Source: Deltaproteobacteria bacterium | Lineage (GTDB): Bacteria > Desulfobacterota > DSM-4660 > Desulfatiglandales > HGW-15 | DNA length: 36,269 nucleotides | Assembly (NCBI GenBank): GCA_020060805.1 | Contig: JAGUZM010000002.1 | Span: 1 to 36,269, forward strand | Reading direction: 5' to 3' | Shown here: piece after piece, positions 26,244 through 33,896 of the stretch | Position numbering within the stretch: the stretch's first letter is position 1 | How the letters are laid out: the number at the start of each line of letters is the position of its first letter | Made by a program: the position numbers and the translations under genes | Notes under the pieces: generated by a model | The model's database searches: none | The model's input: only the letters and a program-made list of their open reading frames with translations | What the model was told of the DNA's origin: nothing

Positions 26244-27887
26244 ATGCTTCCACGTCAGGACATTCCACACAAGACCGTCTCGGTCGGCATCCGGCCGGAG
26301 ATCTACGAGATCATCAACAGAGATCTCTCTCCGAGAGAGTTCCACCTTCAAAGGGCCGAGAATCTGATCGAACTTACCGGGATTCTCAAGCAAGGGGTCC
26401 CGGACGTCGTCTATATGGCTGCGGATCTAACTGCGTTCGATCCGTTTGTCCTCTCATCCAGACTGGCCAAGGCCGGCGTCGCGGTACTCATGATCTCGGA
26501 GGTCCCCACCCGGGACGTGCTCATCAATGCGGCTAGACATGGGGCCATGGATTTTCTGGTCAGCCCCCTTCAACCCTCTGTGGCCGTAATGAAAACAAAC
26601 CGGGCATTGATCAAGAAAGGCAAGAAGGCCCCTCTTGAGGGCCTGGAGAGGAAGATCGATTTCGGATCCGCCAAGACCCCTTACGAAAAAGTGAAGGTCG
26701 TCATCAAGAACATAAAGGAATTGCTCGCCCTTCCTTTCGCGGTGGTCAAGATCATCCGTCTCTGCAACGAGCCCAATGTTAATATCAAAGACCTTGAACT
26801 GGCGGTCAAATCCGACCCCGCTATCGCGGCCATGATCATGCGGCGCTCGAACTCCGCGATCTTCGGCAGTGCCGGGCAGGCCACGAGCATCCAGAGGGCC
26901 GTCTTCAGGATCGGAATGAGGGAAACCAGGAATATCGCCGCGTCCTTTTCCGTGTTTAAGCTCTTCACAAAAGAGGAAAAGAGCTTCGGGTTCAACCGGG
27001 TCTGGTTTTGGCTGCATTCCCTTACCGCCGGGATCTGCGCACAAATCCTAGCGACCATACTCAAACATCAGCAGCCCGAAGACGCGTTTCTGGCCGGACT
27101 TTTACATGACATTGGCAAGATGGTCCTGGATGATTTCATCAACGAGGAATTCGACAAGGCGATCCGCATGGCCAATACGGAAAGGATCCCCATGAGGATG
27201 GCCGAGAACTCCGTTTTTCAGACCACCCACTCCTATGTCGGGTCCAAGCTCGTCCAGATGTGGGGATTTCCCTCCGTAATTGCCGACGGCATCGGGCAAC
27301 ACCATCTCTATCAAAAACTCACCGAGACGAACAATGGTCTCTCGTTGGGCGCCATTGTGTGTATGGCGAACCAGATGTCCAAGGCAATGCAGGTCGGAAG
27401 CGGCGGGGACCATATAGCCGAACGAGAGCCCTCATTCCTTTGGAAGCGGGTTCCCAAGGATCTACCCTGGAGAAAAATCCTGGGGAAGGTCCTCGGCGAG
27501 CTCAATGCCTACACGGAGGTTCTGGAGATCCCACCGGAGCAATTCCGGATGGATCTGATCGAGTCCCAGAGGGGAAAGGTCGGTATATTCCTCCCGGGGA
27601 CAGACCATTTCGCGCCTCTTCTTCAGATCGCTCTCGAGCGTGAAGGTTTTGAGCCCGTTTTCTTGTCCTCACTAGAGAGCCGCAATTTCGAAGAAAAGCA
27701 GATGGCTCTCATCATAGGAGATCTCACCTCCGTACAGGACGGGGAAGAGGCGAGCAATCTCCAGAAGGGGATATCCTCCCTCCATGAGAAAAACATTATC
27801 CTTCCGCCAGCCGATAGAAAGAATACCCCCCTCCACCTGGATTTTTTCTGGCTGGAATCTCAGTTAAGGCACGTCCTGGGGCCATAA
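26244..27887 (+). CDS. HDOD-domain signalling protein flanked by receiver-like domains
   Basis: From track ORF 26052..27887. Start moved to ATG 26244 (GGAGAGGG upstream). HDOD signature LPFAVVKIIRLCNEPNVNIKDLELAVKSDPAIAAMIMRRSNSAIFG...GLLHDIGKMVL. The N- and C-terminal REC-like folds lack the usual acidic pocket. Confidence 0.8.
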   Translation: MLPRQDIPHKTVSVGIRPEIYEIINRDLSPREFHLQRAENLIELTGILKQGVPDVVYMAADLTAFDPFVLSSRLAKAGVAVLMISEVPTRDVLINAARHGAMDFLVSPLQPSVAVMKTNRALIKKGKKAPLEGLERKIDFGSAKTPYEKVKVVIKNIKELLALPFAVVKIIRLCNEPNVNIKDLELAVKSDPAIAAMIMRRSNSAIFGSAGQATSIQRAVFRIGMRETRNIAASFSVFKLFTKEEKSFGFNRVWFWLHSLTAGICAQILATILKHQQPEDAFLAGLLHDIGKMVLDDFINEEFDKAIRMANTERIPMRMAENSVFQTTHSYVGSKLVQMWGFPSVIADGIGQHHLYQKLTETNNGLSLGAIVCMANQMSKAMQVGSGGDHIAEREPSFLWKRVPKDLPWRKILGKVLGELNAYTEVLEIPPEQFRMDLIESQRGKVGIFLPGTDHFAPLLQIALEREGFEPVFLSSLESRNFEEKQMALIIGDLTSVQDGEEASNLQKGISSLHEKNIILPPADRKNTPLHLDFFWLESQLRHVLGP

Positions 27888-28034
27888 AGGACAAAACGGC
27901 AAACGCCGATCATTCGATCCAGCCGGCTATGCTACGGCGCTCGCCTTCAAGCCTCTCTTCTGTGAATAGTTCATTCCTGTGAGAAGCGCAGGTATTAGGG
28001 TCACCAGGCCCGCGAGGATTGACCTCGGTGCCAA

Positions 28035-28050
28035 AGGCATATTCCTTGCA
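28035..28050 (+). promoter_or_regulatory. candidate sigma54 (-24/-12) promoter AGGCAT-N5-TTGCA
   Basis: aGGCATattccTTGCA has the GG and GC dinucleotides at the canonical TGGCAC-N5-TTGC spacing. It lies ~80 bp upstream of the EAL-HDOD start. Confidence 0.3.
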
Positions 28051-28130
28051 TGCCTTTTGTTCCAGCAAAACGAAAAGTCCTATTACCCACGGCGATTTCT
28101 TACAGATCCTAAGATCGAGGGGAACCAACC

Positions 28131-29342
28131 ATGGACGTTTATGTGGGAAGACAGCCGATTTTCGGTAAGAACAAGAAAATTTTCGGATATGAGCTCCTTT
28201 TCAGAGACGGAATTTCCAACATGTTCCCTGGAACCGACGGTGAATCGGCCACCTCCAAGGTGCTGTCCAATTCCTTTCTCTCCATCGGCATCGAAGAGAT
28301 CACCGCCGGGGCAGCGGCTTTCGTCAATTTCCCCGAAGCATTGATCGTCAAAAAGATACCGCTCATGTTCTCCCCCCGGGTCTTGGTGGTCGAAGTTCTC
28401 GAAGATACCGGCCCCAGCGCCGATGTGGTTGAGGCATGCAGGGAGCTTTCCAGCCGCGGTTATCTGATAGCCCTGGATGACTTCTCTTACAGACCCGAGT
28501 ACCGGGTGCTCCTGCCGCATGTAAACATCGTCAAACTTGATTTCCGCGCCCAGGATCCGGACGCTCTGAGAGAGACCATGCAAGAATTAAAAGCCTTTCC
28601 CCTGAGTCTCCTGGCTGAGAAGGTGGAAACTCACAGTGAATTCCACGCCTCGCTGGATATGGGGTTTTCCTATTTCCAGGGGTATTTCTTCAGTAAGCCG
28701 GAAGTCCTCTGCGGAAAGGACATTTCCGTCCCCAGATTGAATCTTCTTAGAATCATGGCCGAGGCGAATAAGGAAGACTTCGAGTTCAACAAACTGGAGG
28801 AGATCATCACCCGGGAATTGGGGATCTCCTATAAGCTTCTGAGGTATGTGAATTCAGCCTACTTCAGGCGTCGAGAGAGCATCTCCTCCATCAAGCAGGC
28901 CATCGTGCTGCTGGGGGAGAGGCAGATCAGGCAGTTCGTTTCGCTCATTGCAATGTCCAACCTGGCCCAGGACAAGCCCGGTGAGTTGATTAGAATCTCG
29001 GTCGTCAGGGCGAAGTTTTGCGAGCTCGCAGGGAGCCGGGATGGAGGCAAAACAGATGTAGACGAGCTCTTCACGCTTGGGCTCTTCTCGCTAATCGACG
29101 CGGTCATGGACGATTCCATGGAAACCCTGATGGAGAAACTGCCCCTTTCAGACGATATCAAGAAGGCCCTGATCAGCGGCGAGGGAATCCTGAGCGATTA
29201 TCTGAAACTCGTGATCGGCTACGAGCGGGCTGATTGGGGAAATACGGCCCTCGCAGCCTCCAGGCTCGGCTTGAACGAAGAGAGTCTTCCCAGATGCTTT
29301 AAAGAGGCGCTGAGTTGGGCCAATTCATTCTCGGATCTCTGA
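28131..29342 (+). CDS. EAL + HDOD domain protein (COG3434-type c-di-GMP phosphodiesterase-like)
   Basis: MDVYVGRQPIFGKNKKIFGYELLFR is typical of this family. The EAL catalytic positions look conserved: ELL, FVNF, EVLE, ALDDF, VKLD, AEKVE, QGYFF. A C-terminal HDOD-like half follows (LRIMAEANKED...YKLLRYVNSAYF). Confidence 0.85.
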   Translation: MDVYVGRQPIFGKNKKIFGYELLFRDGISNMFPGTDGESATSKVLSNSFLSIGIEEITAGAAAFVNFPEALIVKKIPLMFSPRVLVVEVLEDTGPSADVVEACRELSSRGYLIALDDFSYRPEYRVLLPHVNIVKLDFRAQDPDALRETMQELKAFPLSLLAEKVETHSEFHASLDMGFSYFQGYFFSKPEVLCGKDISVPRLNLLRIMAEANKEDFEFNKLEEIITRELGISYKLLRYVNSAYFRRRESISSIKQAIVLLGERQIRQFVSLIAMSNLAQDKPGELIRISVVRAKFCELAGSRDGGKTDVDELFTLGLFSLIDAVMDDSMETLMEKLPLSDDIKKALISGEGILSDYLKLVIGYERADWGNTALAASRLGLNEESLPRCFKEALSWANSFSDL

Positions 29343-29347
29343 CCTCA

Positions 29348-29546
29348 TCCAAGAAGATACACAAGAAGAGAGGGTACGGCACGAGTCTGGGCGACAAGGG
29401 AGGGTTTGCCCTCCACCCTCAAGAGCAACGATGAGGCCTGCGAGGTCATCATCGAGACCAGGGAGGCCGCAGGCTACACCCCCGACCAAGAGCAGGCCGT
29501 CGACCTGGATCCAGCGGCCGGCTCCTTTCTGAAGATGGTACCTTGA
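29348..29546 (+). pseudogene. eno: internal fragment of an enolase gene (about 66 codons, frameshifted)
   Basis: SKKIHKKRGYGTSLGDKGGFA, then a frameshift, then STLKSNDEACEVIIETREAAGYTPDQEQAVDLDPAAGSFLK. This aligns residue by residue with the enolase segment LKKvLKekGy.TsVGDEGGFAPnLkSNeEAle.I.EAie.AGY.pG.d.alalD.AASEFyK. Both gene ends are absent. Weaker traces may run to ~29612. Confidence 0.7.
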
Positions 29547-29751
29547 CCTGCCTTCGGTGGCTTCCGTCCTTTTCGACCGCCTGTACACACCAATACGCCG
29601 CAAGGCCCGATAAGAGAATTCCTGGCCCATCCATTTTTCCTGTCACACCCTGCCACATCCTGCCCGCCTTCTTTGATTCCAAAACCGCTTGAGCTCTATC
29701 CTTGGACCCGCATGCTTGAGAAACACTCCAAGGCGGGAACCGGATCGGAGC

Positions 29752-30114
29752 ATGGCCATGAAAAGAAGGCGAATCATCAAGGACAGGTCGAGGATCCCGG
29801 GCATCTCCGTTGGTGAGGAAGTGGACACCAGCGTCGGGGAGAAGAAGAAGGTCTGCTTCAACATCAACGGAAGGTGGGTCTTCAGGATGGTCGATCCTGG
29901 ATGGAGGGCGCCTGGGAGACCACAAAAGGGCAGAGGGCGGAAGACAGATGTCGGAGATCGGAAGTCAGAAGCCAGAGGGCAGCCGCCGCCGCGCCGGAGT
30001 GGCGCTATGGCGCGCCACGTAGGCGGGAAGTCAGAGAGCAGAGATCGGAGAACAGGGACAAAGGGCTCGGGCACCAAGAAGGGTGCCAAGGCAAAGGAAG
30101 GAGACGGGGAATGA
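29752..30114 (+). CDS. hypothetical Arg/Lys-rich, low-complexity protein (120 aa), speculative
   Basis: ATG 29752 has GGAG 4 nt upstream, and the stop overlaps the C11 start (ATGA at 30111-30114). The first ~50 codons show the G/C third-position bias of neighbouring genes. The C-terminal half (RPQKGRGRKTDVGDRKSEARGQPPPRRSG...) is compositionally extreme, so coding status is uncertain. Confidence 0.35.
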   Translation: MAMKRRRIIKDRSRIPGISVGEEVDTSVGEKKKVCFNINGRWVFRMVDPGWRAPGRPQKGRGRKTDVGDRKSEARGQPPPRRSGAMARHVGGKSESRDRRTGTKGSGTKKGAKAKEGDGE

Positions 30115-31238
30115 AGGCGAAATGGACGGTGATGATCTACATGGCAGGGGATAACAATCTCGACTCCGCGGCGTTGGACGACATCGAGGAGCTGGCCCAG
30201 GTCGGCAGCTCCGCAAAGGTCAACGTCCTGGTGCAGCTGGATAGAGACGGCGACCTCCGGACCAGGCGATTTTGCATCAGCAAGGGCGGAGGGTACCGCA
30301 AGGATTGCATCGAGACCTTCGGGGAGACCAACACCGGGGACCCGAAGGTGCTTTCGGACTTCATCAACTGGGCCATCGAGAAATACCCGGCGGACCGCTA
30401 CTTCCTCATCCTCTGGAACCACGGGAGCGGCTGGTGGGACGAGCCCGACCGGGCCTTCAGGCTGATCAAGCGAAACATCGGTTACGACGACCACTCGGGC
30501 GGCGATTCCCTGGACAACCGGGAACTGAAAGACGTGCTCACGAAGATCTCCCAAGGTCTGGGGAAGCGGATAGAGCTGATCGGCATGGATGCCTGCCTCA
30601 TGACCATGGTGGAGGTGGCCTACCAGATCAGGGAGAGCGCCATGGTGATGGTGGGATCCGAGATCGAGGAACCCGGGGACGGCTGGCCTTACGACCAGGT
30701 CATCGGGATCCTCACGAAGAGCCCGGGCAGCGCCCCGGCTACCATGGCCCGAAAGATCGTGAGCGCCTACATCGCATGCTACCAGGGAGCCGGTGAGCCG
30801 GTCACGCAGTCGGCGCTCAACCTCGAGAAGATCGGGGATGTGGTGAAAGCGCTCGATCTCTTCTCGAAGGAGTTGATTGCCGCCCTTGATGGTAATGAAA
30901 GGGGTGCTCTCCTGAAGGCCATTGGTTCTGCGTGGGAGCGAAGCCCCAGGTTCTTCTATGACTGCTACGTGGACCTTTACCGGTTTACCAAGCTCCTGAG
31001 GGACCGCTTCTCAGGGGAGGGGGTCCGGAAGGCGGCGGAAGAGCTCCTCCTAGCACTCAGACCCGGGAGCAAGAAGGCGGTCCTTTGTCAGAAACACCTC
31101 GGGATAGGGGTCAGGAGCACCTACGGCCTCTCCGTCTACTTCCCCCTGTCGGAGATCAACCCGAAATACCGGACCCTGGATTTCTACCAGGACTGCGCGT
31201 GGGGGAGGTTCATCGAGAAATTCCTCTCCTGTGAGTGA
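30111..31238 (+). CDS. clostripain-like cysteine peptidase (family C11, clan CD), no signal peptide
   Basis: Start at ATG 30111 (AAGGAAGGAG upstream); the 79-codon upstream extension of the track ORF is rejected. KWTVMIYMAGDNNLD is the family N-terminus. Catalytic His in LILWNHGSGW (30420-30422) and catalytic Cys in IGMDACLM (30594-30596). Confidence 0.85.
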   Translation: MKAKWTVMIYMAGDNNLDSAALDDIEELAQVGSSAKVNVLVQLDRDGDLRTRRFCISKGGGYRKDCIETFGETNTGDPKVLSDFINWAIEKYPADRYFLILWNHGSGWWDEPDRAFRLIKRNIGYDDHSGGDSLDNRELKDVLTKISQGLGKRIELIGMDACLMTMVEVAYQIRESAMVMVGSEIEEPGDGWPYDQVIGILTKSPGSAPATMARKIVSAYIACYQGAGEPVTQSALNLEKIGDVVKALDLFSKELIAALDGNERGALLKAIGSAWERSPRFFYDCYVDLYRFTKLLRDRFSGEGVRKAAEELLLALRPGSKKAVLCQKHLGIGVRSTYGLSVYFPLSEINPKYRTLDFYQDCAWGRFIEKFLSCE

Positions 31239-31248
31239 GGGTCAAGCC

Positions 31249-31617
31249 ATGGAAAACCTGGAAGCCTGCATCATCGAGATCAAGAAGGCCATCGCCCGGA
31301 TCGAGGAGCAGACCAGGACCATCTTCAAGAACCTGGCGGAGTTCAAAGCCTCCTCCGAGAGGCTCCACGCAGAGCACTTCGATGCTGCCAACTCTCTCAG
31401 GAAAGAGGCATCGGAGATGTACCGGCACCTGGACGTGCGGGTTTCAAGGCATGGTGTGGACATCGTCGGCATCCAGCGAAGTCTTGCCAAGATGGAGAAG
31501 CTACTCCAGGAGATCGCCCAGGGCTCGGCCAGGACCCGGGGGATTGCGATGGGGTTGGGGATGGCAGGGGGAGCGGTTGTCTCCATCCTTACGCTCCTTG
31601 CCCAACTCATGAGGTGA
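31249..31617 (+). CDS. tail-anchored coiled-coil protein with C-terminal glycine-zipper transmembrane segment
   Basis: ATG 31249 (GAGGG upstream) lies 10 nt after the C11 stop. About 95 aa are heptad-like helical sequence, then GSARTRG, then GIAMGLGMAGGAVVSILTLLAQLMR at the extreme C-terminus. Confidence 0.6.
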   Translation: MENLEACIIEIKKAIARIEEQTRTIFKNLAEFKASSERLHAEHFDAANSLRKEASEMYRHLDVRVSRHGVDIVGIQRSLAKMEKLLQEIAQGSARTRGIAMGLGMAGGAVVSILTLLAQLMR

Positions 31618-31622
31618 GGAAG

Positions 31623-31645
31623 GTCCCCGGGAAGAATCCCGGGAC
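31623..31645 (+). other. GC hairpin GTCC(C)CGGG-AAGAAT-CCCGGGAC between the tail-anchored gene and the HU-like gene
   Basis: 8-bp stem with one bulged C, starting 6 nt after the stop at 31617. No U-tract follows, so a terminator role is doubtful. Confidence 0.3.
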
Positions 31646-31695
31646 TGACGAGACGTCCCAGAGAGGACGGCAACAGAGAAAGGAGGTGAAAGGAG

Positions 31696-32034
31696 ATGTC
31701 CAGCAGGCAGGAACTGATCGAGAAGTTCGCGAAGAAGGCCAATCTGCCCAAGAAGAATGCCGGGGCGTACCTCGGGATCATCCTCGAGGTGATTCAGCTC
31801 ATCCTGGCAAAGTCCGGCGAGCTGAAGCTCCCCGGGTTCGGGGCCTTCAAAGCCAAGGCGGTCCCGGAGAGGGAGGGAACCAACCCGCTGACCAAGCAGA
31901 AGGTCACCTTCTCGCCCGGTATCAGGGTGAGCTTCAAACCGGGCAGGCCCTTCAAGCAGGAGATGCTCGGGGGGAGCTTCGCGGCCAAGGCGGAGAAGGC
32001 CAAGGCAGGCAAGTCCGGGAAACGGAAGAAGTAA
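31696..32034 (+). CDS. HU/IHF-family DNA-binding protein with Lys-rich C-terminal tail
   Basis: Strong RBS AAAGGAGGTGAAAGGAG. LPGFGAFKAKAVPEREGTNPLTKQKVTFSPGIRVSFKPGRPFK matches the HU/IHF beta-arm pattern. An extra AKAEKAKAGKSGKRKK tail is present. Confidence 0.85.
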   Translation: MSSRQELIEKFAKKANLPKKNAGAYLGIILEVIQLILAKSGELKLPGFGAFKAKAVPEREGTNPLTKQKVTFSPGIRVSFKPGRPFKQEMLGGSFAAKAEKAKAGKSGKRKK

Positions 32035-32043
32035 ACCTCTTTC

Positions 32044-32074
32044 AGGGAGGAGGTTGGTCCCCAATCTCCTCCCT
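32044..32074 (+). terminator. possible intrinsic terminator after the HU-like gene
   Basis: AGGGAGGAG-N13-CTCCTCCCT forms a perfect 9-bp stem starting 10 nt after the stop. It is followed only by a short CCTTTC tract. Confidence 0.3.
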
Positions 32075-32096
32075 CCTTTCATGAGAAGATATTCCC

Positions 32097-32552
32097 ATGG
32101 AACCAACCCTCAATCTACTCTTCGCCCCTGAAGACAGGCTCATGGATTTACTCCAGAAGGAGTTCCTCTCCGCCCGGAAGACGATCGACATCGTCGTTTA
32201 TCTCCTGGGTTCGAAGACCGTCGCCAATGCGATCATCAAGGCACACCAGCGAGGGATCGCCATCCGGATGATCATCGACGGCAAGGTAGCGAGGACCAGG
32301 TATTCGGCGCACAAATCCTTGCTCAAGAAGGGCATCGATGTCAGGCCCCTTCGTGTCACCGGCGGCTCCATGCACACCAAGTTCACGCTGATCGACGGCA
32401 GCAAGGTGATCGCCGGAAGCGCCAACCTCACCAACGACGCCAATTATCGGAACCACGAATTCATGATCGTTTCGGAAGATCCTGCGATCACCGCGGGCTT
32501 CTCCTCCAAGTTCGAGTCTCTCTGGACCACGTTGAATAAACAGACGCCCTAG
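32097..32552 (+). CDS. phospholipase D-family single-HKD protein (Nuc-like nuclease/PLD fold), no signal peptide
   Basis: 151 aa with one HKD motif, GSMHTKFTLIDGSKVIAGSANLTNDA. Size and architecture resemble the dimeric Nuc endonuclease. The start is uncertain (32097 lacks an SD; ATG 32142 is possible). Confidence 0.8.
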   Translation: MEPTLNLLFAPEDRLMDLLQKEFLSARKTIDIVVYLLGSKTVANAIIKAHQRGIAIRMIIDGKVARTRYSAHKSLLKKGIDVRPLRVTGGSMHTKFTLIDGSKVIAGSANLTNDANYRNHEFMIVSEDPAITAGFSSKFESLWTTLNKQTP

Positions 32553-32613
32553 TCGGGGGAGAGAGGAAGGTAAGGAGAGAGGGGGGTTGGGGGGTGAGGG
32601 GTATATAAGGAAT

Positions 32614-32637
32614 TGATTCAATCAATTGATTGAATCA
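32614..32637. repeat. perfect 24-bp AT-rich palindrome TGATTCAATCAATTGATTGAATCA
   Basis: Verified base by base. It lies 14 nt upstream of the 32652 start and is followed by TTTTTT. It is preceded by a polypurine/G-run tract (32555-32601). Confidence 0.85.
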
Positions 32638-32651
32638 TTTTTTGAGGAAAA

Positions 32652-33701
32652 ATGCAGGCTGATATCCATTTTTATGGGGTTTATGCACTTGCCCGTGCTG
32701 CCGGAATTGACTCGAAAACGGCAAAAACAATCGCCTACGCCTCACAGTTCGTGGATGATGCCGTTGATGATGAAGCTATAATCCTCACCATTCAGAAGGC
32801 CTTCCTACCAACCATCACCAGCCACAAACCCATCGATTACGAGAATGCCATCCCCGGAGATCAATGGAGGGTGTGGATACCCTTCCACTTCCTTCCGGGG
32901 AACGACCCTGGATCAACCACCTTCATCGAGAGGATGGTCTGCCGAAAGGATAGCGATCCGGCCAGGAGGATGCTCAGACATGCACTCGATCCTTCGAACA
33001 GCGCTCTCTGGCCACACCTGATCGGCATTGCCGCCCATGTCTATGCGGATACCTTCTCCCATTTCGGGTTTGTCGGGATCGCCCATCCTTGGAACAAGGT
33101 GAAGGGCGACTCGATCGAGGCCTCGGAAGAACATTCACCATCAATCCTCGAGTACATCCAAAACAAGTTCGAGGACTTCAAGATGAGGTTTGCCGGCGGC
33201 TTTGCCGAGATGATCCCCGTCGGGCATGGATCGGTCGCGAGCTATCCCGATAGGCCCTACCTGAAGTGGCGATTCGAGTATGAGGATGGGAAGCACACTC
33301 AGGAGGAGATGGTTCGAGACAATGTGTTCCATTTCATGGATGGGTGCAGGGGACTCTATGGCTTCTTCCGGGACTTCTCCAGGATCTATTTCGATGGGCG
33401 CGATCTCGTCGGCCATCGGGCATGGAAGGATATCAAGGACCTGGTCGAGAGCATCCTCAGGCGAGAGGCCCCGCTGGATGAAAGGATCGGGGCATGGAAG
33501 GAGGCTATCTCAGCAGGGCATTTCTGCGAGGTCTCGGAGATCGATTGCGATATCAGCTATGACCCGGCTCTCTGGAGGCCCTGTGCGACGGGGGAGGCAT
33601 TCCCGGAGGAGTGCGACCCGCAACGATTCTTCATGGCCGCATGCTTTCACCGCAACTATGTCCTTCTGGATCTCCTCCCAGAGATAGGTCTTCTCTTGTG
33701 A
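32652..33701 (+). CDS. conserved-looking hypothetical protein, His-rich (possible zinc-dependent phospholipase C / P1-nuclease-like fold)
   Basis: 349 aa with SD GAGGA. The N-terminal MQADIHFYGVYALARAAG...ASQFVDD and the central GIAAHVYADTFSHFGF recall metal-ligand patterns of that superfamily. This is an impression only and the family is not identified. No signal peptide. Confidence 0.7.
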   Translation: MQADIHFYGVYALARAAGIDSKTAKTIAYASQFVDDAVDDEAIILTIQKAFLPTITSHKPIDYENAIPGDQWRVWIPFHFLPGNDPGSTTFIERMVCRKDSDPARRMLRHALDPSNSALWPHLIGIAAHVYADTFSHFGFVGIAHPWNKVKGDSIEASEEHSPSILEYIQNKFEDFKMRFAGGFAEMIPVGHGSVASYPDRPYLKWRFEYEDGKHTQEEMVRDNVFHFMDGCRGLYGFFRDFSRIYFDGRDLVGHRAWKDIKDLVESILRREAPLDERIGAWKEAISAGHFCEVSEIDCDISYDPALWRPCATGEAFPEECDPQRFFMAACFHRNYVLLDLLPEIGLLL

Positions 33702-33896
33702 CAGGCCGATGAAAAGAATCCATCTGCGGCGTTACCCTTATCCTTCGTCACTGCGACGTACTTCAAATGTACGACTCGTTCCTCAGGATTTCGGAAGCCT
33801 TGCATCTGAACCCTCTTGATCGGCCTGTAAATGAGCATGTTCGGGACCGGCTGGAGGCAGATTGTCAGCATCGCATGTATCGGGAGGATTCTGAAA

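Noticed and set aside
26454-27064. 196-aa and 127-aa minus-strand ORFs inside the HDOD gene, and similar ones at 28083..28583 and 28859..29161
   Set aside because: They are antisense to genes with strong HDOD/EAL signatures. The compositional bias of GC-rich DNA keeps the opposite frames open.
27910-28128. 72-aa minus-strand ORF between the two HDOD genes
   Set aside because: It has no RBS or motifs. It occupies an intergenic region that better fits a promoter (sigma54-like site) for the downstream gene.
29290-29342. Possibility that the EAL-HDOD C-terminus (CFKEALSWANSF) is itself derived from enolase (FKEALRxGAEVF)
   Set aside because: The match is only ~5 residues. The protein already has the normal length for its family, whose C-termini, as I recall, end similarly. 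I treat it as coincidence.
29874-30110. 79-codon N-terminal extension of the C11 ORF given by the ORF track
   Set aside because: The family N-terminus (KWTVMIYMAGDNNL) begins right after ATG 30111, which has a strong AAGGAAGGAG RBS. The extension is Arg/Glu low-complexity and overlaps the alternative Arg-rich ORF in another frame.
29643-30554. 303-aa minus-strand ORF and neighbours (29449..29925, 30272..30796) over the C11 region
   Set aside because: They are antisense or out of frame to the clostripain-like gene. The products are Arg/Pro/Gly-rich with no motifs.
33831-33896. Upstream start giving the M15 peptidase a weakly hydrophobic N-terminal extension (SAR-endolysin-like)
   Set aside because: There is no Shine-Dalgarno before 33831, whereas ATG 33897 has GGGAGGA at ideal spacing. 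The extension contains charged Arg residues in mid-segment and is too short and polar for a signal-anchor.
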